28,630 bases of DNA from a virus. Taxonomy: Duplodnaviria; Caudoviricetes. Positions 14,840 to 24,149 of the stretch are shown piece after piece. Within the stretch, counting starts at the first letter, position 1. Each line of letters starts with the position of its first letter. The DNA lies in the IMG/VR virus record IMGVR_UViG_3300033067_000303, positions 1-28,630 of that record; one strand, written 5' to 3'. The notes under the pieces are model-generated. The model was not told the origin of the DNA. It saw nothing but the letters and a program-made list of their open reading frames with translations, and did not search any database. A program made the translations under genes and the position numbers.

Positions 14840-15763
14840 TTAGGTCAAGTCAAAAATCGCACCACCACTTTTCGGAGCGCGCATTTCCAGGCAGTATTCA
14901 ACGGAAAGCATGCGCTTTTCGCTGTCGCCAGTCTTGGCGAGTTCCGTAGTCTGGAACGGGCGCAGGTAGGCAATTGCCACCTTGTCGGATTGCAGGACGA
15001 ATACATCACGCGACAACTGGAAGCGCGACGGGATCGCCTTCAGTTCTCCGAAGTCGGAGACATACACGTCGATGGCGGCGTACAGTTTCTGATCTTCGCC
15101 CTTGTCGAAACGGGTAGAGTTACCCGAGAACGCAGAGAAGGTTTGCTTCTGCGCCGGCCCCATCAGAATCACATCTGGCTCGCCGCCAGCGGTGAAAATC
15201 TTCTGAAGGACAGACTTCAGTTGCGTTTCAGTAAAAGCACGCGGAGTGCCTAGAGTCCGTGCGGTGTTGGCGGTGTAAGAAGCCAGCGTACCCGCATTGT
15301 GGTCTTCGTTATCAACCAGCCAACCAGGAAGACCACGAGACTGACGCGGAGAAGTTGCCAGAACGTCATTCTGCGTCAAGCCGAGCTCCATATCGCGCTT
15401 AATTTCAAGCGCAGCCAGTGAGACTTGATAACCGATTTCATCTTTGCGGCCAGCCGGATTCATGCCGGATTGTTGCGTGCCGGACACGATGACAGTCTTG
15501 GTCGAAATTTGAGTACGGTTGTTCAGGCGAACAGTCGGCGTAACGGTTTTAGCAGTTGCGTCATCGCCTTCAGCCTGGGCATTCGCAGCAGCGGCCGCCA
15601 GGTCTTGAACTTGCCATTCGTGCAGCGTGTTCGTCGCCTTTGCTTTGGCAGCAAGGTTCAGAACCGGCGTTGCGGTCGGGCTGATTCGATAGATTACATC
15701 GGACAGGTCTTCACGATTGCCGATTGCGGCAGTCGTCAAGAAGGTATTACTCGGTGCGGCCAT
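14840..15763 (-). CDS. Major capsid protein (DUF5309/SU10-like)
   Basis: GNREDLSDVI..ISP..TP, HEW..D.L, N.TQI..K...VSGT, KRDME and LAKTGD motifs. Confidence 0.93.
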   Translation of the reverse strand: MAAPSNTFLTTAAIGNREDLSDVIYRISPTATPVLNLAAKAKATNTLHEWQVQDLAAAAANAQAEGDDATAKTVTPTVRLNNRTQISTKTVIVSGTQQSGMNPAGRKDEIGYQVSLAALEIKRDMELGLTQNDVLATSPRQSRGLPGWLVDNEDHNAGTLASYTANTARTLGTPRAFTETQLKSVLQKIFTAGGEPDVILMGPAQKQTFSAFSGNSTRFDKGEDQKLYAAIDVYVSDFGELKAIPSRFQLSRDVFVLQSDKVAIAYLRPFQTTELAKTGDSEKRMLSVEYCLEMRAPKSGGAIFDLT

Positions 15764-15796
15764 TTCGTTTCTCCAGTGCCATCTCGGCGTTAAGAG
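15764..15796 (-). promoter_or_regulatory. Repeated hairpin-RBS element (before the major capsid gene)
   Basis: CTCTTAA CGCC GAGAT GGCA CTGGAG AAACGAA ATG. Confidence 0.7.
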
Positions 15797-16741
15797 TTAA
15801 AGAAGTGATGCGAACACTGCCGCGGCGTCTTCAACACGACCAGATTTAGTAAGTCGCTGAAAGGCCTGGCCTCGTTTATCGAGCGACTGCGACTGTCCGG
15901 TGCTGCTGCGTTCGACCCTTTGCGGGACGTTCTGCACCTTCTTCGCTGCGGCTTTAGCCTTGCCAATCATCTGGTCGTACAGCATCGCCTTTCGAGCGAC
16001 AAGAACGCTGCGGTGATCGCTGAGTGAATCAATTTCTTCAGCGGAAAACCCTGTTTCTGACAGGTAGTTTTTGATCGCTGACTTTTCGGCTTTGGCCTTC
16101 GTTTCATCCTTCCAGTCGGGCAGCTTGGCAAGGAGTTCTTGCTGCTGTTGTGCGAGGAAGTTATGAACGTACTTGGCTTGTTCCTGTTGCTGCAACTGAT
16201 AGACGTTCTGTTGCTCTCGTTGCACGTTCTGGAGCGCAGCTTGTCTCTGTTGATAAAGATGCTGCTGCTTCAGGTATTCAACGGGATCAGAGTCAAGGAG
16301 TTGCTGCCAATCAATCTGCGTTTGTTCCTGCATGAGAGCGGAAAGCAATGCGCCCTGCTCTTGGAGCTTGGTGGCGTATTGGGTTCGTTCCTCTCGCGCC
16401 TTGTTGGCTTCGGCTTCGGCGGCTTTTCGTTCCGCTGAAACTTCCATCGTCTTGCGCGTGTAATCGGCTTGGCGCTGATAGCCCTTCTTCAGTTCATCGA
16501 GCGTAACCTCAACATCCTTGCCATCAATCTTGATGGTGACAGTCGTCGGCTGCTCTGTGTCTGCGTCGTCTTCAGGTTCCGATTCTTCGGCCTCGGCTTC
16601 TACTTCTGCCTCGGGTTCTTCTGCCTCCGCTTCGACGGGATCTTTCTCCTCGCGTTCAGGGTCAAGCATTTCGGCGAATAGGGAAGCTGCCTGATTAGTA
16701 TCAAGCGGTGAGTTGGATTCCGATTGGTTCGGTGTGTCCAT
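15797..16741 (-). CDS. Scaffolding protein
   Basis: Acidic N-terminus, KIDG..VEVTLDELKKGYQRQADYTRKT motif, coiled coil; start MDTP at 16741. Confidence 0.88.
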   Translation of the reverse strand: MDTPNQSESNSPLDTNQAASLFAEMLDPEREEKDPVEAEAEEPEAEVEAEAEESEPEDDADTEQPTTVTIKIDGKDVEVTLDELKKGYQRQADYTRKTMEVSAERKAAEAEANKAREERTQYATKLQEQGALLSALMQEQTQIDWQQLLDSDPVEYLKQQHLYQQRQAALQNVQREQQNVYQLQQQEQAKYVHNFLAQQQQELLAKLPDWKDETKAKAEKSAIKNYLSETGFSAEEIDSLSDHRSVLVARKAMLYDQMIGKAKAAAKKVQNVPQRVERSSTGQSQSLDKRGQAFQRLTKSGRVEDAAAVFASLL

Positions 16742-16774
16742 TGTTTTCTCCAGCGCCATCTCGGCGTTAAGAGG
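16742..16774 (-). promoter_or_regulatory. Repeated hairpin-RBS element (before the scaffold gene)
   Basis: CCTCTTAA CGCC GAGAT GGCG CTGGAG AAAACA ATG. Confidence 0.7.
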
Positions 16775-16806
16775 AAATCAGCTATTTATCGCGGCTGATT
16801 ATCGCT

Positions 16807-16971
16807 TTACATCCTTATAATCTCTCCGGTATTCAATTGAATAGCAGATAAACCTTTTTCAGTTCTAATATTACCCATATTATCAGTAATAATCAAACCA
16901 TCTGCGTCAGGATGAATAACAAGCGATATTCTTTTATCTGCCGAGTTATTATCTTTGACGTATTGAATCAT
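16807..16971 (-). CDS. Small hypothetical protein (frame is open upstream to 17151)
   Basis: ATGA coupling with the upstream gene stop at 16968-16971. Confidence 0.45.
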   Translation of the reverse strand: MIQYVKDNNSADKRISLVIHPDADGLIITDNMGNIRTEKGLSAIQLNTGEIIRM

Positions 16972-17261
16972 TCCATTCCAATCCAGCCCTTTGTTCGCTC
17001 CAGTAGCGACTGGCTGTGTTGAATGTCCAATTGTGCCAGCTTCCCGGTCTCCATTGTCGATACCAGATGCGTCTTCACCTTCTGCAACATTGACTGATAC
17101 TGGTGGATTCTTTCGCGGCCTTCCTGGTCGCGCGCTGGGGATTGTTTCCATGCGTCGAATAACTCCTGTTCAATATCTGCAAATACTTGGATAAATACTT
17201 CGTTATCCAATATCTCCTTGGCGCGATTTCCGTCGTAGATTCGCTGTTCAATAGCTGCCAT
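16968..17261 (-). CDS. Conserved phage protein upstream of the scaffold gene
   Basis: 97 aa; G.RA..IL....F and W..SP..D.EGRE..G..A motifs. Confidence 0.8.
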   Translation of the reverse strand: MAAIEQRIYDGNRAKEILDNEVFIQVFADIEQELFDAWKQSPARDQEGRERIHQYQSMLQKVKTHLVSTMETGKLAQLDIQHSQSLLERTKGWIGME

Positions 17262-17293
17262 TTTTTAATGTCCGTGAAGAGGGGATTAGAAAA

Positions 17294-19153
17294 TCACCAC
17301 ATCTGTACCGCGATGTCGTCGAGGTACAACGTGCCTGTCATCGCGGATGTGTCGATTTCGACCGTGAACACTTCGCAATTCATCCGAGCAGATGGCTGCG
17401 CTGCCGTGTTGCAGTCTTTCCACGAAACTCGACGCCATTCATTCGTGCCGCCTGTAATTGATACAGTAGTCGGCGAATACGAGGCACGCGCATCAGCCTG
17501 CTGGACAACCGTCGTCCCATTCCACACCGGGACAGTCGTGCTCATGCGCTCTTTGACTGTGATCGTTCCAGTGGCAGACCCGGCATTGAGAAACAATGCC
17601 CAGGCACGGCGGCGCATCGCTTCATTGACTGGAAATGAGATCATCACCTTCCCAGCGCCAGCGATTGACATCATCGCACCGACCGAATTTCGAGCGTTGA
17701 TTGCACCCTGCGGGCTGGCTGCTGATGCAATTGCCGCCGTACCTGTTACTGCGATTCGATGGACAAGTTCGGTGTGTGGAGCTGATACGCCGGAAATAGT
17801 CTCATTTGAGCGAAGGTGATAGCTTCCGACAGAGGGCATGTCATTTGGAGCATTGCCTACGGAAATTGGGTTAATGATTTTAACGCTTGCGCCGTCGCCT
17901 GTATTGTCAGCGGTAGCAGACCCCACCAGAGCATCATCACTCAGTTGATCCGATACCCGGCCCATGTTAGCAAACACCACGTTTTCGAGTAGCGCGGTCT
18001 GCGTCAGGTTGTCGGATGACACAAAGTTCTTCCAGTAGGGAGTGCTGGCGTTACGTGTGCCGGTATAAATGAGCTTCCCGCCGATCATCGTGAATGAACT
18101 GTTGGCACCAGTAATGCGGATTGGTGCGCGAGTCTGCCCTGCCGTCTTTCCATAATCCCATTCGAGGTGGCAACCGTACAACTCGACAGAAGACCCTGCC
18201 TCTAGGTCAATCATCTGGTCATCAGCGGTAATTCTCTCGCCGAAGTAGTCCAGCGACATGCCATATAGCCGCAGGCGCTGCGAAGACAACATCTTTATAA
18301 AGCAGTCGGACGAGAAAAACGAACCACCGAAAAACGCAATGTTTTCCACGAAATCGGTTGCACCAGATTCTTGGTAAACACAATGCTTTGTTGATCCGAT
18401 TTCGACGCCATATCCACGCAGAAAGTAGGCGCGGGAGCCAATCGAAATTCCGCGATTTAGCCAGCGGGCGCGGACGTTGTTAAGTGTTGCGCGAACCGAC
18501 GACCCTGCTACATCGCTATGGGCGCGAATGCCGTACTGCGTTGCATCTCTCCCATCAGCCTCGGCTCCTTGTATCGTGATGTCACGGATAGCCATCGGTA
18601 GCGGGTATTTGTTCGTCGCGCCCGTACCTTGGGATGCAGTGAGCAGGATACCGGGCGCCCCTGCGCTAAGTGCGGATACGTCAATGATCGCGCCCTGCCC
18701 ATCGATGCCGACAAAACTTGTATCGATAGTCAGGGTGTTGTCGATTGCGTAATTTCCACCCGGCGCCAGCGAGATATAACCACTGCGACCGCTCGCAACA
18801 ATATCGGCAGCGGCTTGATTGATAAGCGTAGCGACATTGCCGGCGTTCGGGGAAACGTACCGCTTAAATCCCGCGACCCCAGGAATTTCAATCCCCCCGG
18901 TGACAGGGTTGGTTGTTGCAAGAACATGGTCTCCGGCTATTACATTTGTGGAATATGATCCAGCCGTATCTGCTGTGAATACAATAGCCGCAGGCTTACC
19001 AAATGCGCCAACGGTTTGATTTCCAGTCAATCGAGAAGTGTATTTGCGGCCATCCGATAAAGTAACCGACATTGACCCTTCGCCAGACCATGAAACGGTA
19101 TCGTCTGCGTCAATATTTACGGTGAAACTTTCTCCGGGTAAAAATGTAGCCAT
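17294..19153 (-). CDS. Beta-helix spike / polysaccharide depolymerase-like protein
   Basis: INQAA...G.ISL..G.NY.I..TL.I....V.IDGQGA start of a pectate-lyase-like beta-helix; C-terminal CBM-like end (LYLDDI). Confidence 0.65.
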   Translation of the reverse strand: MATFLPGESFTVNIDADDTVSWSGEGSMSVTLSDGRKYTSRLTGNQTVGAFGKPAAIVFTADTAGSYSTNVIAGDHVLATTNPVTGGIEIPGVAGFKRYVSPNAGNVATLINQAAADIVASGRSGYISLAPGGNYAIDNTLTIDTSFVGIDGQGAIIDVSALSAGAPGILLTASQGTGATNKYPLPMAIRDITIQGAEADGRDATQYGIRAHSDVAGSSVRATLNNVRARWLNRGISIGSRAYFLRGYGVEIGSTKHCVYQESGATDFVENIAFFGGSFFSSDCFIKMLSSQRLRLYGMSLDYFGERITADDQMIDLEAGSSVELYGCHLEWDYGKTAGQTRAPIRITGANSSFTMIGGKLIYTGTRNASTPYWKNFVSSDNLTQTALLENVVFANMGRVSDQLSDDALVGSATADNTGDGASVKIINPISVGNAPNDMPSVGSYHLRSNETISGVSAPHTELVHRIAVTGTAAIASAASPQGAINARNSVGAMMSIAGAGKVMISFPVNEAMRRRAWALFLNAGSATGTITVKERMSTTVPVWNGTTVVQQADARASYSPTTVSITGGTNEWRRVSWKDCNTAAQPSARMNCEVFTVEIDTSAMTGTLYLDDIAVQMW

Positions 19154-19196
19154 TATTTATCCTTACAGTAATAGAAGAATGGACTATTCTTCTTAT

Positions 19197-21539
19197 TCAT
19201 GCGACGGGCCCATCAGTCCCGCGAATGATTTGATTTTGTTGCCCGATGCGATCCAGTGCCGCAGCGAATCCCTGCATAGCCATTGCCATTACATCGCTTT
19301 GATTAGTGGCTTCCCGATCCTTCTGAGCGCCCATTCCGGCAACGATTATTGAGGTTTCTGCCGCGAGTTGCGCTTTCCATTGCTCAAGCTGCATACGCTG
19401 CTGCTCTAGCGCCTGCTCATGCTCAAACTTCATCGCCTCAATCTGTAGATGCTGCTGAGATTCAATAGACTTCTTTTCAGCCTCAACCTGTGCGGCAAAA
19501 CGCGCTTGCTCCTGCTCAAGTTGCGTCTTGCGCTCCTCAAGCTGCATGGTCGCCTGAAACTTCTGAATGTCTGCCTGTTGGTTTGCCTGCGCTTGCTGTT
19601 GATTCGCTTGCAACTTGGCCTGCTCTAGCTGAACCTTCGGATCAACCTGCGGCTGCTTTGGCGGCTGCTTAGATGGATCGCTAAAGAACTTGTCGCCATT
19701 CTTGAAGCCAATGGCCTTGGCAAGTTCTTTTGTAGCCTCATAGACGCCCTGAGCATCCGCAACGCCTATCTGCAATGCCTCTCTTTGCACTTGGAGTACT
19801 TGCATCAGGTTATTAACCATCTGCGTCTTGTCGCCAGTGCCAAGTCCGACGTTGATCGAGATGTCAAAGCCATTCGACCACTCACGCGGATCAATATCTA
19901 CCCAATTGCCGTTTAGCCTAACGACCGAGCCTTTATCCTGATTCTGCAAGACGAGTTTAAGCATCATCTTGAACAGCTCGGTAAATCCTTCTGCGAAGTT
20001 TCGCGCAATCAAATCCACGCGCATATCAGAGCGATTCGTGACGGTCAGAACGCCCGTTGCTGTCTTGTTCAGCGAGTCCGAATCAGTTCCCTGCGAATAG
20101 CGCGTCCATCCAGTGCTATTCTCCAGGAAATCGTTCATCTGCTCGTTCATCGCCATTGCTGCGTTACCGTCAGCAGAAGCCTGATCCAATCTGCCAACAG
20201 CGCCAGGCTGCTTGATGCGAACCACTCCACCGGGGCGAGACGTGAGCAGGTCGTCTAGGTTGCACTGGCCTTCGACTGCGTAGTACCGGCCATTAACCTG
20301 CAAGTACAGGTTATCCAGTGCCGCCCGCATGATGTTCGTCTTGACGCGCTGCGATTCCATAGCCAGGTCAGCAATGGACAGGCCAAAGAAGCGATGCGGC
20401 AACTTCAGGCAGTCAATATCAACGAACGGGGCGCAATCCACGACTTCTTCGTCGAGTATTTTATTGCCAGCGCGGACTACCTTGATTAGCTCGGAAATAC
20501 CATCGCCGTCACGGTCGCAGCGGATATAGCACTCTGTCACCCATATGGAACGCTGCGACTCGTCCATTGATTGAACTGTTTCTGAGCTATAGGCATTCTC
20601 GTTATCAAACGATAGGCGCTCTATCCGCTCGGCGTTGTAATTCGCCGCGGTATCGTCGCCGGACAGGTCATCTACGTTTTTATATCCCATGGAGCGAAGC
20701 TCTGACAGCGTGCGCGGGACACGGTGCGCAACCATACGTGCGTCGGCAATCGTCTTTGCATCACGGCAAATCAGGAATTCTTCTGGAGGAACGTTATCAA
20801 CAGTCAGCTTGCCATCAGTCTTGACGCGCTTCACGGCAATGTCGTACAGCATCTTAGGCGGAGTCTGCTCGATCTGCTGCAACTGAGCTTGAGCCTGTTG
20901 AGCATCCATCATGGCGCGTTGATCGCCTTGTTGCGCGGCCTGCGTTGCCATCTGGATGTGCTGCGTCAGTTGCTCTATGGCTTGCTGACGTTGTTCTGCG
21001 TCTTCTTCGTCTGGATACGTGTTCTGCTCGATTGGCTCTACTTCCTCGTCGTCGAGGATTTCAGCCAGTTCGATTTCGTTAAGCCCTTTGTACTCTTCGC
21101 GCTTTTCTTCGTGGCGAGTATCCCAATAGACTTTAAGAATCCCCTTCTTCTGCAATAGCGCATCACGGAACCAAGTTTCAATGATCGTAAAGCCGCGATT
21201 CTTCTTGAAGAACAGGTAATTTATATAGTCAGTGGCTGATTGCGCCTTGTCTTCGTCGCCTGGCTTGGTGGCGACAAAATCAACCACTACATCCGACCCG
21301 ACGAATTTAGCCATCAGGCCCGGCAGCATCCACTCGATTACGTTGCGAACATCGGTAGATACTACAGTGGATCGCCCTTCAATATCGGGCGGTGATAAAT
21401 CGCCCTTGGGCAATCCGAGATAATAAAACTCAGCCTTTCGCCGCATCTCTGACAGTTTCCCGCCATGATAAGCAACGGCATTACGGATTTCATTATCCGT
21501 TAATGCAATAAGCTCGCTGTCAGATAGTGCTTTAGCCAT
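19197..21539 (-). CDS. Portal protein
   Basis: About 780 aa after TerL; GRS.VVS.DV, DALLQK.G..KV.W and VPPEEF motifs; Gln-rich C-terminal barrel; start MAKAL at 21539. Confidence 0.92.
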   Translation of the reverse strand: MAKALSDSELIALTDNEIRNAVAYHGGKLSEMRRKAEFYYLGLPKGDLSPPDIEGRSTVVSTDVRNVIEWMLPGLMAKFVGSDVVVDFVATKPGDEDKAQSATDYINYLFFKKNRGFTIIETWFRDALLQKKGILKVYWDTRHEEKREEYKGLNEIELAEILDDEEVEPIEQNTYPDEEDAEQRQQAIEQLTQHIQMATQAAQQGDQRAMMDAQQAQAQLQQIEQTPPKMLYDIAVKRVKTDGKLTVDNVPPEEFLICRDAKTIADARMVAHRVPRTLSELRSMGYKNVDDLSGDDTAANYNAERIERLSFDNENAYSSETVQSMDESQRSIWVTECYIRCDRDGDGISELIKVVRAGNKILDEEVVDCAPFVDIDCLKLPHRFFGLSIADLAMESQRVKTNIMRAALDNLYLQVNGRYYAVEGQCNLDDLLTSRPGGVVRIKQPGAVGRLDQASADGNAAMAMNEQMNDFLENSTGWTRYSQGTDSDSLNKTATGVLTVTNRSDMRVDLIARNFAEGFTELFKMMLKLVLQNQDKGSVVRLNGNWVDIDPREWSNGFDISINVGLGTGDKTQMVNNLMQVLQVQREALQIGVADAQGVYEATKELAKAIGFKNGDKFFSDPSKQPPKQPQVDPKVQLEQAKLQANQQQAQANQQADIQKFQATMQLEERKTQLEQEQARFAAQVEAEKKSIESQQHLQIEAMKFEHEQALEQQRMQLEQWKAQLAAETSIIVAGMGAQKDREATNQSDVMAMAMQGFAAALDRIGQQNQIIRGTDGPVA

Positions 21540-21570
21540 TAAAACCCCAGTGCCTCCCGGCATTAAGAGT
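21540..21570 (-). promoter_or_regulatory. Repeated hairpin-RBS element (before the portal gene)
   Basis: ACTCTTAA TGCC GGGA GGCA CTGGGG TTTTA ATG. Confidence 0.7.
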
Positions 21571-21608
21571 GATTCGATTTTATCGCATTATACGTTAATA
21601 GATAAATA

Positions 21609-22868
21609 TTATGCGGTAGATAATCTAGGATATACCAACGCTCCACCCCATTCTTCGTTAGTCATTGAATCAATGTTAATGCACATATATCTAAATGCGT
21701 CTGATCCGTGCGAATATTCATCATGCAATGGCGCGCCCGGTTCAAGTGTTTGCTGGTTAATAGCGCGACGATAACGCTTCAAGCAGTTTATAAGCCGCTC
21801 GCATTTGGTCTTATCGAAATAGATTCGAGAGAATGATTGGCGCGCAACTCGAATGCCGTCTTCGATAGAGTGATTAGGCGTAATCTGCACAGTGCGACCC
21901 ATAGCAATAAGCATTTCTTCAGCGGATTTGCCATACTTGAAGTCCTTATGCCGACCATCGTGCGGAATATAATCAGTTCCCCAGTTGTATTTACGATCAT
22001 TTAGCATCTGAACATACTGGTCTAGTGTCTTGTGGCTGTCTTCGATGTAATCAATCGCATACAGTGCGCTGCCATGCTTCTGGCACATGATTAAAACCAT
22101 GCTGTCATTCCATCCGAGGTCGTAGATGGTATGCACCTTTAGCTCAGGGTTATACGGAACCATCGTGAATCGCTGATCTTTCTGAGCCTGTTCTACCTCG
22201 CCAGCGTAGATAGCGCCATCCACAGAGGCTTTACACTTGCCTTCCCATATCCAGTGATAGTCCTCTTGATTCGTTAGCTCACAGTGCTTGCGCTCTGCTT
22301 CTAGCGTAGAAGGAAACCACGGATTGTCAGAGTAATTTACCTGGACAGTGATGCAATTCGGCGGCGTGTTTTCAACGTAGCGTTTCCACACCTCATCCGT
22401 ATCAAGCTCTGGATTGAAAGATACCCAAATTTCTGAGCCTTCTTTACGGATAGTAGGGATAAGAATATCGAGCGACTTCTTGCTGACAGTTTGTGCTTCT
22501 TCAATCCAAACAATATCAATCCCTTCGTAAGACTTGATGGATTCAACCGTGTGATTAGCCAGGCCAGCAAATACGATAAGCGATCCATTCTTACCGCGTA
22601 TCTCTGTCTCTGTTGAGTCAAAGAACGAACCGAGTCCCATCGCTTGAATCTGATCGTCGAGCAGGCGCTTGACAGACTCCTTGATAGACTTCTGCACTTC
22701 CCGAGTACAGAGAACGCGAGTCGTCTTGCTAAACGATTGCAGGATTATTGCTTTAGCGAATGTCCATGACTTACCTGAACCTCGACCACCATGCGCGACG
22801 AAGTATCGCTTAGGTTTGAAGATCCCTAGTAGTTTCTCAGGGACTTCAACTGTAAGCGTGTCGCTCAC
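21609..22868 (-). CDS. terL: Terminase large subunit (PBSX-family-like)
   Basis: Walker A GGRGSGKS, Walker B WIEEA, FNP motif, nuclease DLG..D and H..DA.RY. Confidence 0.96.
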   Translation of the reverse strand: MSDTLTVEVPEKLLGIFKPKRYFVAHGGRGSGKSWTFAKAIILQSFSKTTRVLCTREVQKSIKESVKRLLDDQIQAMGLGSFFDSTETEIRGKNGSLIVFAGLANHTVESIKSYEGIDIVWIEEAQTVSKKSLDILIPTIRKEGSEIWVSFNPELDTDEVWKRYVENTPPNCITVQVNYSDNPWFPSTLEAERKHCELTNQEDYHWIWEGKCKASVDGAIYAGEVEQAQKDQRFTMVPYNPELKVHTIYDLGWNDSMVLIMCQKHGSALYAIDYIEDSHKTLDQYVQMLNDRKYNWGTDYIPHDGRHKDFKYGKSAEEMLIAMGRTVQITPNHSIEDGIRVARQSFSRIYFDKTKCERLINCLKRYRRAINQQTLEPGAPLHDEYSHGSDAFRYMCINIDSMTNEEWGGALVYPRLSTA

Positions 22869-23167
22869 TTTTGTTTAACCGATACGCCATTAACCATGAT
22901 GCTTCTAAACTCTAGCGCGCCAGATACAGCCAAATCTCCATTCACTTGGAGCGGCAATAGCTTCGGGTAGATGGATGACCAGAACGCTTTCTCATTCGCC
23001 GGGTCTTCCTGCGCCCATTCCAGTAAGCGAGATGCGCCGCCTAATCCTTCTGCGGCTTTGGCAATAACATCCTTTGCAGCAGCGGTTACTTTATTAACTG
23101 CGCCTTTTGGACGGCCAGGGCCAGCCTTCTGCTTGCCTTTTTCATCAGTTATTAAATTACTTGGCAT
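22865..23167 (-). CDS. terS: Terminase small subunit
   Basis: GPGRPKG..NK.T motif; overlaps the terL start. Confidence 0.75.
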   Translation of the reverse strand: MPSNLITDEKGKQKAGPGRPKGAVNKVTAAAKDVIAKAAEGLGGASRLLEWAQEDPANEKAFWSSIYPKLLPLQVNGDLAVSGALEFRSIMVNGVSVKQK

Positions 23168-23483
23168 TGCTATCAATGTAGATTTGCAGCATGGAACAAC
23201 ACTCTTTCAGCTCATCAAGCATCTTAACTGAGTGTTCATGGTCAATAGACCCAATAGAGTCTTCAACAATTTTTTTTATTGACGTCTTTGCTGACCTATA
23301 CGTAAAGTCATTGTTTGCATATTCGACGTAATACTCTGTGTCATTACAGCCAATCCATACGTCTCCAGACATTGATTCTTTTATTGCTCCATTAACTACG
23401 CTATCAAGATATTTAGCAAGTCGATCTGAAAACTCTAATTCAGATGCTATATCTTCAACATTGAAATATTTTGATTGTTTCAT
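23157..23483 (-). CDS. Hypothetical protein (AT-rich)
   Basis: 108-aa ORF with an AAGGAG RBS. Confidence 0.7.
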   Translation of the reverse strand: MKQSKYFNVEDIASELEFSDRLAKYLDSVVNGAIKESMSGDVWIGCNDTEYYVEYANNDFTYRSAKTSIKKIVEDSIGSIDHEHSVKMLDELKECCSMLQIYIDSNAK

Positions 23484-23522
23484 AACTACTCCTTGCGGGT
23501 TCTTTCGATTATCCGCGTTTGA

Positions 23523-23723
23523 TTAAATCAATGCCGCCGCTGCCTTGAGTGCTTGCCTAGCTGCGACGACGATAGGATTCTGCGTTGTGATCTGATCGTT
23601 AACCAATGCGAGTTCAGATTGAATCTCTGACTTGCGCGACTTTAATGTTTCTAGCTTTAGCTCTTCAATACTCTGAATATTAGCAAGCCGAATTACTTCT
23701 TGAATGGTTGCTGGAATAGCCAT
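23523..23723 (-). CDS. Small coiled-coil hypothetical protein
   Basis: 66-aa ORF with an AAGGG RBS. Confidence 0.65.
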   Translation of the reverse strand: MAIPATIQEVIRLANIQSIEELKLETLKSRKSEIQSELALVNDQITTQNPIVVAARQALKAAAALI

Positions 23724-23760
23724 ATTTATATCCCTTAATGTTATCTAATAATACCATTTA

Positions 23761-24009
23761 TTATTTTCCTCGGCGCTTTTCTGCCTTTATCCTATCCCAA
23801 TGATCTGACCTGCACGGCTCATCGCAATATGGACGCGCATCGTCCATGTGTTCTCCACAGTTCTTGCAGCGCCCTATTCCATATGGCCAGTTATCTTTGG
23901 CGATGCTGAGTTGATAGCGTTGTTCTGCTATTTGATCGGCGATCCATTCTTCTGCTCTGGCGCATCCGGCGTCGATTGGATCGGCGTAGCGTTCTTGATC
24001 TTCGATCAT
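23761..24009 (-). CDS. TraR/DksA-like C4 zinc-finger protein
   Basis: ADPID...AEE helix plus CKNC...YCDEPC; start MIEDQ at 24009. Confidence 0.7.
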   Translation of the reverse strand: MIEDQERYADPIDAGCARAEEWIADQIAEQRYQLSIAKDNWPYGIGRCKNCGEHMDDARPYCDEPCRSDHWDRIKAEKRRGK

Positions 24010-24149
24010 TTGTTCGCCCCATAAACTTCTCCCCAAACGGCCCAAAATATTCCTATGGTTTGCAGCGTGATGATCAAAGGCGACACAGCTAGGCGCGTAG
24101 CCTGGGCAATGCGGAGTGGGATTTGAATGGATGTCATTGGGGTGATCAC
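24006..24149 (-). CDS. Small hydrophobic protein (47 aa)
   Basis: GTGA and ATGA overlaps at both ends exactly fill the gap after ninG. Confidence 0.5.
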   Translation of the reverse strand: MITPMTSIQIPLRIAQATRLAVSPLIITLQTIGIFWAVWGEVYGANK

